A stretch of DNA of 62,861 bases, the filler included, from Hausera hauseri (Eukaryota), in assembly GCA_046269625.1 (NCBI GenBank). It is 11 parts of 11 records of this genome, joined end to end, with 100 filler letters (N's around TTAATTAATTAA, not from the genome) between each part and the next. Parts side by side here need not be neighbours in the genome. Positions count along the whole stretch, not along the records: positions 48,455 to 53,526 come from JBJURY010344824.1; positions 53,627 to 58,472 come from JBJURY010415811.1; positions 58,573 to 62,861 come from JBJURY010654330.1; 8 more parts are not named here. One strand, written 5' to 3'. Made by a program: the position numbers and the translations under genes. Position 1 is the stretch's first letter, and the number at the start of each line of letters is the position of its first letter. Positions 51,453-62,861 of this stretch are shown here, one piece after another. The notes beneath the pieces are model-generated. The model was given only the letters and a program-made list of their open reading frames with translations, did no database searches and was not told the DNA's origin.

Positions 51453-52555
51453 AAAAGAAATTGTAACCCTTAACGATCAAGTCGTTCAGAAGCAAAAGGA
51501 AGTCAGTGGATCGAAAGTTATAACGGGTCTCAGTTCGTCAACATTCACCATCAACGATAAATTGCTATTATCCCTTCATGAGGCAGTATACATTTTGATA
51601 ATCGCATGTCAACTGCCAATTGACTTTCTACTGATCCAAAGGGACATTGCCACTGATTTAATGGACAACGATAAGAATTCGACTGTCATTAGTTTCAGTC
51701 ACCTTGGTCCCCAAGATGACAATTATTTACTGGCAACGTATCGGTGTCAGGCGAATACGACGAGAATTGAGATGAAAGTCAGAAGTATTAAAGGACAATA
51801 CGAGACTTTCAGAATTTACGTCACCGCCAAATCGGCTATTAAGGCTTGTCAAATGATTTAGATTCCAATTAAACTGTTGTCACTCCATAAAAGATCCCAT
51901 GGTATTGATGAGAACAGGCCTTTCAACTTGTTGACATTCAATTGCAAATTCTCAGTGGCAGAAATGCATTGCTGGATTATTTTCTGTTTGCTAGAAACTC
52001 AAGAAAGGGGGTATCGGTAGATTCAGAGAGCCAGGCCGTTCTGTTTGATGAATCGACGTTTTTGTATACCTAACTGGAATGCTTCTACAAAAAAGGACAA
52101 GTTTCATTCCGTTCTGATAATTTATCGACTATCTGTATTCTGAAGTATGTATTGACAAAAGAAGCTACTAAAAAAAGGAATATCATTGGATATTAGTTTT
52201 CATGTCAACAACCAAAGTATTGAACACGTACTAAGATATATCCATCCTAAAATCGATTCTCTGTTATTATTAGCGAAAAAAGTCCATTAAAAGAGCTGGC
52301 GAACAATGAGAATTCCGAGGCAAACGATTTTGTCAAAAGATTACTGTGGTATTTTGAATAATGCCGAACAATTACGTGAAAAATTCAAAAGCAACCCTGT
52401 CATTTAAACCGTTTATATGGAATTATCACCAATCTCTAAATCGACAAATATAAATTTCAAAGAAAGGATGTTCTGTCGGATGTTACAAATTTAATTGATA
52501 TTTTGGACGTTTATAAATTAGGAAAACCTTTGGAATTTTTATCACAGAAATTAAT
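51453..52555 (+). pseudogene. BBS7: BBS7 C-terminal half, with stops and frameshifts
   Basis: FTINDK, DKNS.VISFS, NYLLATYRCQANTTRIEMKVRSI.GQY, LSLHKRSH, FSVAEMH.W..FCL, DNLSTI.ILK, RLYGII. Confidence 0.9.
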
Positions 52556-52639
52556 TAAATCTGTAGATTTGTAAAAACATTGAAATTGAATAAATTGGAA
52601 TTTAAAAATATTGAAATTATTAAAGTAAATTACTTAACT

Positions 52640-53120
52640 ACGTAGCATGTTGATGAGTGTTGGAAGTCTGACATCGGAAGTTACGTACTGCATTTTAAAG
52701 CCCTATCTAGTTGATTTAATGACGGAAAAGAGAATTCGACCATCAGGTCAGTCTATTACTCGTAGAGTTCTTAATTTTACAGGATTTATCGATATTAAAA
52801 TATCTGAATCAAGTCCTTTGCTTTGGAATTTGTCTCATCAATGTGTAAGATTTAGCGGGAAAACTCTGAGAAAGTATCTCTTTTCGACTCATGCAAACCT
52901 TATAGAAGGCAATTGTATTATAAGTGGATTCAATAACGTTTCTGTAAATTTGGTTACAAATGATTATACTAGTGTTCTTGGTTGTTGTTCTTGTTTTGGT
53001 TTCACGAATGCTGACTTGGACTGCACTGTTTGTATGTTTGATGGGGTTAAAAGGGCTATGGTGGAAAATAAAATTAAAGAAAGGCACCCTCCCGAATGGA
53101 GGCTTGTGTTCATCGAAAGA
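52640..53120 (-). mobile_element. Possible MULE/Mutator transposase remnant
   Basis: HH.P.NP, QLPS, GRILFS segments spread across frames; weak. Confidence 0.35.
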
Positions 53121-54439
53121 AGCTAATTTTAAACTTAAATAAATTAAGGGTGAAGGAGAAATTAATTGAGGATAAGGAATTCTACGAATCGAATTTAATA
53201 ATATTTAGGCTCAGTGTAAAATGGGTGACTGTGAGTTTGTATAACAGTATGGACAACATTTTGATAGATGAAGTTTTTTATTTTAAGAACGAGATGTGCA
53301 GTGTTGAAATAATTTTTATATATAAAAGCTATACAAAATTCCCAACCTCGTCCTAATTGTGCAACCAAAGTCAGACTAGTCTGACATTAATTCGACTTGG
53401 ATTCAGACTAATCTGACATTAATCCGACAGACAGTGAGGAAGGGTGATTGACTGATAAAGAAACTCACTGATAAAAAAGAGAAAAATAAACAATTATTTT
53501 ATATCTTTCTATAATTAATTTTTGTCNNNNNNNNNNNNNNNNNNNNNNNNNNNNNNNNNNNNNNNNNNNNTTAATTAATTAANNNNNNNNNNNNNNNNNN
53601 NNNNNNNNNNNNNNNNNNNNNNNNNNTTTAGAAATTAATAAAAATTTATTGGGAGATACATATACTTTTTTACAGAACAATTAGGTGATGCACTGATCCA
53701 CGATAATTTATTGTCGATATAATTTTACTTCTCGTTCTATATTTGTGTTATATGTCGTTAAATAATTACACAAAACCGAAAAAATAATCAACATTTTTCG
53801 AAGGTATTTGCATAAAAGTTCATGTGTTCAAAGTTCACATGTATGTAGAAATTTCGTTTTCCTTTGCTATACGTTGATGGAGATGCGTAAAAACTTCGAA
53901 ACATGCATAGACATAATCAGCAAACGATGACCGATCGATCGAAACTGGTTATTTTGAATTTCGATAAAAAAAATTTTCCCATTTGCAAAGGGTATTATAC
54001 CCTTTAACGATTTTCGACGTTTTCCATCGTTGTTCTTTTCGAGAATGGGTTATTTCCATTCAAACACCATTACCGAATAGCTTGCGTCATGAGCTTACCT
54101 TTGATATGCTACTAGTGCACCGATCTTTTCGATTCCATTCGGCTACTCACAGGACCATTGTTAGGTGACCATTAACCATTTGTTCAATAACGTTTCCCAC
54201 TTCTCCACAAACTATATGTTGGTTCTGGATCATTTTTTTTGCCCTCGCCCCGTGCTTCTGCACGGTATCCGATCGACTTCGTTCTTTCGGCATTTGATGC
54301 GCCATTGCTGCCCCATGATTTTTATGTGCCACACATGACCGTGCACTACTTCCTTCTAACATTCTTATGTCTTCGTGCACTTTATCTGCTTCCGGGGTGC
54401 ACCGTGCACCTTTAGCGGTATGTTTTTTGAATTCTCCGT

Positions 54440-55825
54440 CGCCGATTCTACCAAGCCAGTACCTGTGTACGCATCAAGCACGCTTCGTATTGACTGCATG
54501 GGGGTAGGGGGTAATCCAGAAACCGCATTTTATACTACTAACAACATGTTTCGAAAAATAGGAGTATGGAGAAGAACTATATGAAGATGACATAAACGAT
54601 AAAGATTTTGCAATTGAAGATGATTCAGTTCACAAAGAATTTGATCAACATGAGTTGAATGATTGGCACGAGATTTGGGACTATCCAAAACTATCTAGAC
54701 TCCTAGCATCAATCCTGCACGAGAAAATTTGCTTGAAAAAGGATCGAAGATATCCTACTTTCGATCAAGAGAAAATACGTTTCTGCAGTACTTTCGAAGT
54801 GACAATGGCTTTGTGTATTTCCATAACATACACGGTTTAATGGAGAAATTGGGAATAGCAATTTAAACGCAACTAAATAGCAAATCTTCGTCGATAGATC
54901 AAAGCGGAGCTTGGCGTGTGTCCTCCTCCACAATGAAATTTTTTTGGTACAGTTTCAATTGGCCATTCAGATTTTTACGTGAAGAATATGATACATAGAG
55001 TATATATGGATACATAGATACATTGATCTGTTGCAATATAACAAGCACAACTGTATCATCTGAGTGACGTTAAAATGGTCTGCTTCCTTTTTGGTCAGTG
55101 ACGCGAATACACAAAATTTCGCTGTTCTCTGTGTATGTGGGACAGCAAAGCTCGTGATATGCTTCGCGTGGAATTTAATTGGCCTCCAAGATTTGACGTC
55201 AAACATAGTGATCCAAAAATTTTACATGAAGGACTTTTTGACAGAAGAAATATTATATTCCAAACTCTGCACATAAAACTAAGTACTATGAAGCAATTTG
55301 GTAATTCTTTGCCTATTGAAGCAGACTGTTTCAAGTACCTCATTTTGACATTTCCTTGCCCGTCATTTGANNNNNNNNNNTTTGAAAAGATAAAGGCCGA
55401 TATGTTGACGGTCTACAGATTCGGCACCTCATTCAAAATGGACATTTTATCGGTACAATGTCAGAACTCCAAAAGACTTTTTGGTTGTCCTTCAAAAACG
55501 TTGTCAAGGACTTTCTAGGAAATACACGAGCATTGAACTACACCAAAATTGTTCGGAATCCTTTGGAGAGCTTCAAAAAGCTTGGTTGCATCATAAGCAT
55601 TAAGTTGCATTTTCTGCATAGCCACTTGCTGATTTCCCGGAAAACCTTGGTGCAGTCAGTTACCAGCAAGGTGAAAGATTTCATCCAGATTTGAATATCA
55701 TGGGGGCACAGTATCAGGGTAGATGAGATGTACTTATGATAGCAGACTACTGTTGGAGCATCATACGAGATTGAACACAGGTTGAACATTCAAGGAAAAG
55801 CTATAAGCATTAATTTTTACTTTAA
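54440..55825 (+). mobile_element. Chapaev (CMC superfamily) transposase remnant
   Basis: LARDLGLSK, WDSKAR...WPPR, LHIKL..MKQF, LHFLHSHL..FPENLGAVS.QQGERFH, YQGR...ADYCW. Confidence 0.85.
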
Positions 55826-56899
55826 TGTGTATGTTTAATAACAGTACTTTACTACTTGTACACAATTTGACTTACAATATTGGCCATAAGTCTCTAAATA
55901 AAATGAAATTCTCATAAATTTTGTAATCTTTTCAGTTTTGGCGACAACAGATACGAAACAGACTAACAATTTTATGCAAATTAGTTGTTTTAATGCATCA
56001 ATAATATTTAAATGTACTTTTCATTTAATATTAAGCAGTATTTTTAATATTTTTGTTTATTATGAGACCAAAACGTGAAATTTCTGTTGAAAGAAAAGAA
56101 GTTAGATGACAATCCTCAGGGACGAAGGATATAGCTTGCGTGAAATTGTTCAGTTCCCGCTAATTCAACTATGGGAGAGACTTTATTTATGACTTTTGTA
56201 GAATTAAAGGGATGAACAATTACGTAGGTACTTAGGGTCGTGATAGGTCAATATATGTGGGCACCTTACCTAACTTTATCCTATAGGTAATGTGTAAAGA
56301 ATGGTCTGCCTGTGGGGCGTTTTATTTACTTAGTACTGTTATATTTGACGCTAATTATTTAAAATTAGACGGGCTGCCGTTAGGTAGGTTGGACCTAGAC
56401 GGCGATAATCCAAGTTAATAAATCTTTACTTATCTTACTTAGTTACTTTTATAGAAATACGTGAATTAAAGAATAAATATGTATTAAAAATGATAACCAA
56501 AAGAAAATACAAATAAATAGAATTCGTACAATGAAACAATACTCACTTCATAAAACACAAACGTATCAGTAGATCACGGTAACGTCTCTTAGTGTTGTGT
56601 CTTGAAGTGAGAAACCTCATACTATTTATACTGTTTTGTTTGTCGTCATAAAAATTTATTATATACATATACAATAAAATATGTCATCAAACATTAAAAG
56701 TTTTTCATGTATAATGTTAGTTAGATGGCGGATGCCGAAAAATCACATGATGAAATAGTCGAATGTTCATACATAATGTTGATCAAACAGCGGATAGCGA
56801 TAAAATAATCGAATGTCGATTCTTCATAATGTTAATCAAACAGCGGATACCGATAAAATAATCAAATGTCGATTGTCGGTAGTAATCCGATTTATCAGT

Positions 56900-57900
56900 T
56901 CTTAATATCTTCACTATTGTTTGACATGGTTGTATCTGTATTGGTATTGGTTTATGGATTTGTTTTAATCCATATAAGTTTTCCTAAGTGTATCCATTTG
57001 GTCCTTGGTATAAGATCATTCAGATTTTTCTTGTTTCGTCCATTTTATGATTTTACCATTACTTGATTTAGGATATGGCTTTTCATCCAACTGCATCAAT
57101 ATTGGGTGAAAGTTGCATATTGCTGCGTGGTTCGTTTGTTGTAGTATGTCGAATTCGATTCCAACAATGCCAGCATGTAGAGTATTATGTTGTTGGTGCT
57201 TATATACCAACCCAATCATTTTGCCAATGTCTTGATTTGATATTATGAGGTTAGTATCATTCTTGTAAAATTGTTTGCGGAACATATATGACGTTGATTT
57301 TCGAGAGAATCCAGAGAATTAGATAATCTGATGTAATTTGCAGGTAATGCTGTTTCTGTAAATTTTTCCATATATTTGACTGTATAATCCGTTATGAATT
57401 ATACTTTATGGTACTGTTAACTGGCGGTTCCTACTGCATTATCCATTCTTCATTTATGCATGATTTTGTCACTGATTGATGAATCTGTTATGGTTTGCAT
57501 AGTCAATTCCGCGTTCTTTGGGACATCATACTTCAGATCATATATTTGTGGCAGTTTGGTAAGATATATTTTTGTTTGTTGTTCGCTAAATCTATCAAAT
57601 TAATTTCTGGTAGAAAGCAGGTCAGTTATTTCGTACAAGATATCCAGTGGAATTCGTAGAAATTGTAGTATAGCCACTGTATTGACGCCAATTATGGCAT
57701 AGACGAACAAATATTTCATTGCTTCATAGCGCATTATTTCTTCATTGGTTAACTGGTCTATTATGGATATATTGAGATCATGGTAGTTTGTTTGAGTTAT
57801 CGATTTTTCCTGGGATTGATATGTTCGTGAGAAATTGTTAATCCGTTGTGATTGGCTATAATAACATCCACTGGCAGCATTAACGGCTTCTCAAACCCAT
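56900..57900 (-). pseudogene. Decayed intronless ORF of unknown origin
   Basis: Long coding-like stretches with few stops (NEEIMRYEAMKYLFVYAIIG..., MFRKQFYKND...); family not recognised. Confidence 0.35.
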
Positions 57901-58815
57901 ACATTTACAGCCTTTAATAAAGAGATGAAATTAATATTAAGCCCAATTCGTTCAGGCAATCGGCCCAGCTCTCCAGCACAGTCCCAGTCTGTCGTGTGGG
58001 CCCTTGGGATGATGAATTGCCCACTCCAGTGCCAGCGCATTAGGAGAAAGACATAAGAAGGCTCCTCTGACATTTAGCTCACCGTAAAGGAACACATTTA
58101 TTATTCACAATAATTATTTTATGTTTTCGACTACAATTATCATTACTGAAGATAGACAATTGCAATTCTTTGTATTACAAACATAGACACAATACCATTA
58201 ACCTAAGTGCTTATAATGAGCAAAGACTGAATTATGTCCTAATAAAAGCATCTTAAGCATTGCAAATGCACACCCTATTAACTCCAGAATGACATAAAAG
58301 CAGTACTTAGTCATAAAATGCATAAAATTCACAAAACTGTCACATTTCTCTCACATATGAGGCACTGAAGTGAATAATAATAGCCTATGACATGCTTTCA
58401 GCAGATATGGCAGCTGCTTTTGTGGTGGATCCAGCTCCTTCCAGCTTAACACAATAAGAATGCAAAGGACCANNNNNNNNNNNNNNNNNNNNNNNNNNNN
58501 NNNNNNNNNNNNNNNNTTAATTAATTAANNNNNNNNNNNNNNNNNNNNNNNNNNNNNNNNNNNNNNNNNNNNAATATTACATGCATTTATTGTGAACATG
58601 GTTTACATTGTGCTTATGAATGTGTTTCGTGTTATGTCAAAGTTATGCTGTTGCGAAATGTGTTATAAAATTAGTTGGATTTATTTTATATAGTAATTAC
58701 TTAGTTTTACTTGGCATTATCCTATATCCCATGTCACTTGATCAAGAAGACAAAACGATATTTTTTAAGATTTATTGATACAAAAAATACAACACGCCAT
58801 AACAAAGATATTTAC

Positions 58816-61800
58816 ATTAATGTAACATGCCCGTAAGGTAATGTGCTTATTCCATCCCTTAGGACCTGCCTTTTGTCATCCATCCAATCTAGGCTTTTCG
58901 TCTGTAATGTTACTGTATCAGTTGCATGAGCCCTAGATTGGATCCTTCGCATCTCAGATATGATGTGGATCTGCTTGTGCGGAACTCACATAGTCATCTA
59001 AGCTGATCTTGGCTAAGGTCGTCCTTTGAACCCCTTTAGCCCGCTTCTTTACTTTGCGACACATCAGTCGCATGCATTTTGGACCTAAGAGCCACAAATT
59101 TCGAGATGATTGGCCCATTCACTTCGTCTTTGAATTTCTCAAGGACCTTTGTGTTGGTAATCGAATAGTTGGGATGATCCTTCGGATAGTTAGACGTAGC
59201 CATGTGTTGAGCTAACTTAGCAAAGTCCTCACAAATGTCCTCCGTATGGATCTGATAAATGAAACTATCATTATCCATATACATAAGCTGTATGGACTTG
59301 AATGTGGGGACAATGATGTTGTAATGAAAATCATACATCAGGGTCTTTGACAAATCCAGGATTGACATTGCGACATAGATCGGCTTGTTAAACTCCAGGG
59401 ATGTCTTGAGCATATGTATGCTCACTAGGTTTTATGTATATGGAAGTTGGGCTTGGCAATGAGCTTCTTTGTCCGCTTCCAGTCACACATCAATTCGATA
59501 TTTATCCTGTTGCGGATGTTCTCCATCTTTTGCCAAGGACCGAGTTGTTATACAACTTGAATTGGTCCTTTTCGAAGTCATTTTTGTCATTGGCCCTCAG
59601 CTGCGTGTTGAAGTCAGTGTAGGGCTGCAACCACATAGACTGGGTAAATGATAGGGCACGATGTATCCTTGTGACTTTAACACCATTCATCATAGCCTGG
59701 TGGAGATTTATGTAGTGGGCTACATTTCCCGATCATGCAAGTTGCAAAGCAACTTCTTGTATTTCTTATTTGGTGGTTGCTTGCTCTCCGGGAGAAAAGG
59801 CAGTTGTTCATCTTTGAGTGGATGCTATGGGGATATTCTACATCCACTTCCAATATGAAGCCCGTATCTCCATTGGGGTCCATATCTTGTATTGAGAGCT
59901 CTTCAGGATGCTCCACCTGTTTAAATTTGTCATAGGACAATGGGGCACTCATTGCCCATCCATATAAGTTATTTGCATCCAGGTATGTTATATATGATGC
60001 TGGTCTGGATGTATCATATTCTGCCATGCATTTATTGTTTGCATCACTACCTGTGAATGGCCTGGCAGATTCCGCCCGAATGCCTCGCTCGATCATCAGG
60101 ATCATATCATTGTCCTTCAAGATCTGGAGCCGTATGTCTGTATAGCGTAGCAACGCTGTCCAGCTCATTCCAGGAGCTGTGAAAAAATGAGCTGGATTCA
60201 ATTTGTGGCTCTTAAGTGTGACATCCAGGAGGCTTTCAAACACATCCGCCAGCAGCAGCACATTTGTGAAGAGATAGATGTCACTATATTACCCTATTTT
60301 CCTACATTTGAATGCTTTCCAAACATTTGGAGCATGCTCATAGTCCGCATCGCTGATGTCTATGCCTGAAAGCCTGCTGTAAAAATCCTTAGCAAGCAAT
60401 TCCGTTTCGTCAAGAGATCTCCATGACGTTATGTAGTCAGAGAGGAATACTCCTTTCCTTTTGACTAAGTCATATGTTGTCGGGAAGAACCGCTTCGTAT
60501 CCTTGAGCTTATCAGCTGGTAGGTTCTTGACCAAACTGTCAAGGGATGAGCTTATGAATCGGAAACTGTCTATGAAACGAAGTAGAATTTTCCTCACATG
60601 CTTTGTGATCATGATATATTTCTCCTCACTGTTTGGAATCACATCGATGTTTCCTTCAATAGCCCCAAATTCCCGAACTATGAAATGGGAATCATAGCCG
60701 CTGAGGTTGTGGAATACCATGGTGACATATGTGTATGTTTTGCCGAGTAAGCTGCAATCATTTCACTCTGCGCCTCGATACATGCCTGTTGTATGGCAAT
60801 GATCTCGGACTTTGTGAATGTCTAATGTGAAGGCTTTTTCACACAAGCAACACTGTTGCATTTTGCCATTCACATTTCTCCTTTTGTGACATTTTCATAG
60901 TATTCTTATACTGCTGCTGCTGCTGCATATTTTCGATTTTATGTGCAATTTCCTCCAAGCGCTTCACGAAATGAAGCGCTGCATCTGAACCCCGTTATAG
61001 AAATGACTCTTTGTCCATTTCTAATTCATACATGTAGTATGATGACAGCTCATGATATTGGTAAGCTGTTGTGCTGCTTTGCTGCGGATTCGGAGTGCAG
61101 CTGTGAACTGGGCTGAGGATGACCTCAAAGTCACAATATATGACAATCGGCACCTTCAACATCTTTTCAAACTCTTTGAATTCCCTGTAATCCACCTTGG
61201 GGAATTCTGGTCTGATGCAGTAGTTTGTATTGCAATAAGTCTTATGCTCCTTGAGCTTCTCTGCGGCCATGTCACCACTGAAATGGGATACACATCGTTT
61301 GCAGATTTCCAGCCTTGACTTACGCTTGGATATTTGGGATCCTACAAGGCGTTCAAAGTTCTTGATTCAGATGAAATGTCTCGTTTCTCCATCATCTAGC
61401 AGGAGCAGATCCGTATGATCCTCCTATTCCTCCTTGCACACATGTAAGGGATAAAATTTGTCCTCCTCCAATCCGAAGATATTGATGGAAATGTTGTTTA
61501 CGCTTTCAAATTTCGCGACTTCATCTAGGCTCGGCAGGAATGAAATACAGCTGAAGTCGTATGTGTGCTGCACTTTGTCATATATGCAAACTGGAAGCAT
61601 TATGTTGGTCCTGGGCTAGTTTTGACAAAATAGAATACATGCAACACATGCTGTCCTCATTATGGACATTGATGCGTGCCTTTTTCTTAACTATCCGTTC
61701 AGGAAGCGGTTTGTAGGAGCTGCCTCTCATGGGAGAATACCTGTACACATACACAAGTAACCCCTTTATTGCTGCTAGAGCCCAACCGCTCTTCTTTTCC

Positions 61801-62861
61801 TGACTTTCTTCGGCCTCGCGGATGAGCCTTTCATAGTCCTCAGTAATGAAATCTTTAATGTTCGAGGATTTCAAAAGTGGCCTGTTCTTTGTCTTGAAGG
61901 CTCTACTAGATAGCTCTCCTTCTACATTGGTGAAGGTGGCTTCCAATTTGAAGTTCACCTTAAGGGCCTTTAGCTTCAACAAGTTGCCCTGGAGATTTTC
62001 AACTGCCTCCTCTTTTGAATATTGCAGGAATTCATGGTGCGATGTCTGCCGCACTGCGGCTATAGTGTATCGCCGCACTTTGATCTTCAGTGCAGCGGCA
62101 TAAACTGCTCGCTGCGTTGACTTTCTCGTGATACATCATTCGCTACCGCTGCGCCTCCTTTACTTTGCGCCGAGGATCCATTATGCTGTGCCGGGGATCC
62201 AGGGCGCTGTGCTGAGGTTGATGCTGCGGGAACTGGTAGTGCTGCAGCTGCACGATGCATAACTGGAACAATGCCTCCCGTTTGTGCAGATTAGGTTGAT
62301 ATAACTGGAACAATACCTGCCATCTGTGCAGATGTTGAAGGCATAAGGGGAACAATGCTTGTCTTGAATATGGTCTTTTTGGACTTGGCCGTGAAATGGC
62401 ACAAGTGGGTTTATGAAATTCATAAAACTTAAAGTATTCTCCTGCGCTGACAGTTTCACATTCGGGGCATATAAAATATTCTACTCCGTTCCAGATCTGA
62501 TCATATTCTTATATTTTCATGGCATTTCTGGGCATCATGTGAACCATTTGACAGACAATGTGTATATTTCACATTTTTCAATGTTCTGTTGGGGAGCATT
62601 TGATAAAGTTGATATCTAAATATATAATTAATTTAGTAAATGAGAATTAATAAAATCACCATTTGTGGTAAAAAGCTTTGGAATATTCCTTTCGTGGCTG
62701 TTTTTAAACTGTTGATATGATGTCTATGACCATCATAGAAATCATGATAACTTTCTCTGCTCATCTCCTCACATGTTGGGCAAATGTAGAATTGAAAGCC
62801 ATTGAACGACCATTTGTAGTATTTTTTCCATGATGCTGTGGCATGTCTGACCATCATGGAT
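58816..62861 (-). pseudogene. pPolB of a more distant Maverick family, near full length, decayed
   Basis: SGW...GSSYKPLP...INVHNEDSMC, VIYCDFE, RDHCHTTG.YRGA, FHNLSGYDSH, YLDANNLYGWAMS, KLYNNSVLGK, YMDNDSF, KFKDE, DDKR...TLPYGH; N-terminal Zn-finger-like region inferred. Confidence 0.92.

Overview
This window is not one locus. It is 11 contigs joined by ten identical 100-bp artificial linkers (44 N + TTAATTAATTAA + 44 N): 1-8871, 8972-14554, 14655-18906, 19007-23337, 23438-28957, 29058-34944, 35045-43082, 43183-48354, 48455-53526, 53627-58472, 58573-62861. The DNA is eukaryotic, probably from an invertebrate with cilia and many short (about 40-50 nt) GT-AG introns, which is flatworm-like (inference). 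It carries host genes (Nup155, DNAL4, a divergent RNA Pol III largest subunit, UBE3A-like and BBS7 pseudogene fragments) and many decayed mobile elements (Ty3/Gypsy, RTE, Ingi and Tx1/L1-like LINEs, Tc1, Tigger, Chapaev, a SINE). Four contigs contain endogenous Maverick/Polinton (adintovirus-like) elements with five pPolB remnants, a packaging ATPase, integrase, minor and major capsid proteins, adenain and AGTAG termini. There are two standout observations. (1) A Maverick carries an antisense accessory cassette encoding its own TBP-like protein, a dUTPase, a DEDD-like nuclease, an IAP-type RING protein and two paralogous unknown (possibly SSB-like) genes; each of the six genes has a TATAAA box 34-46 nt upstream of its ATG. 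(2) A Gypsy retrotransposon has a Gag that begins with a 78-aa ubiquitin-like domain ending LRIRGG|M. All calls come from manual motif recognition; no database searches were run.
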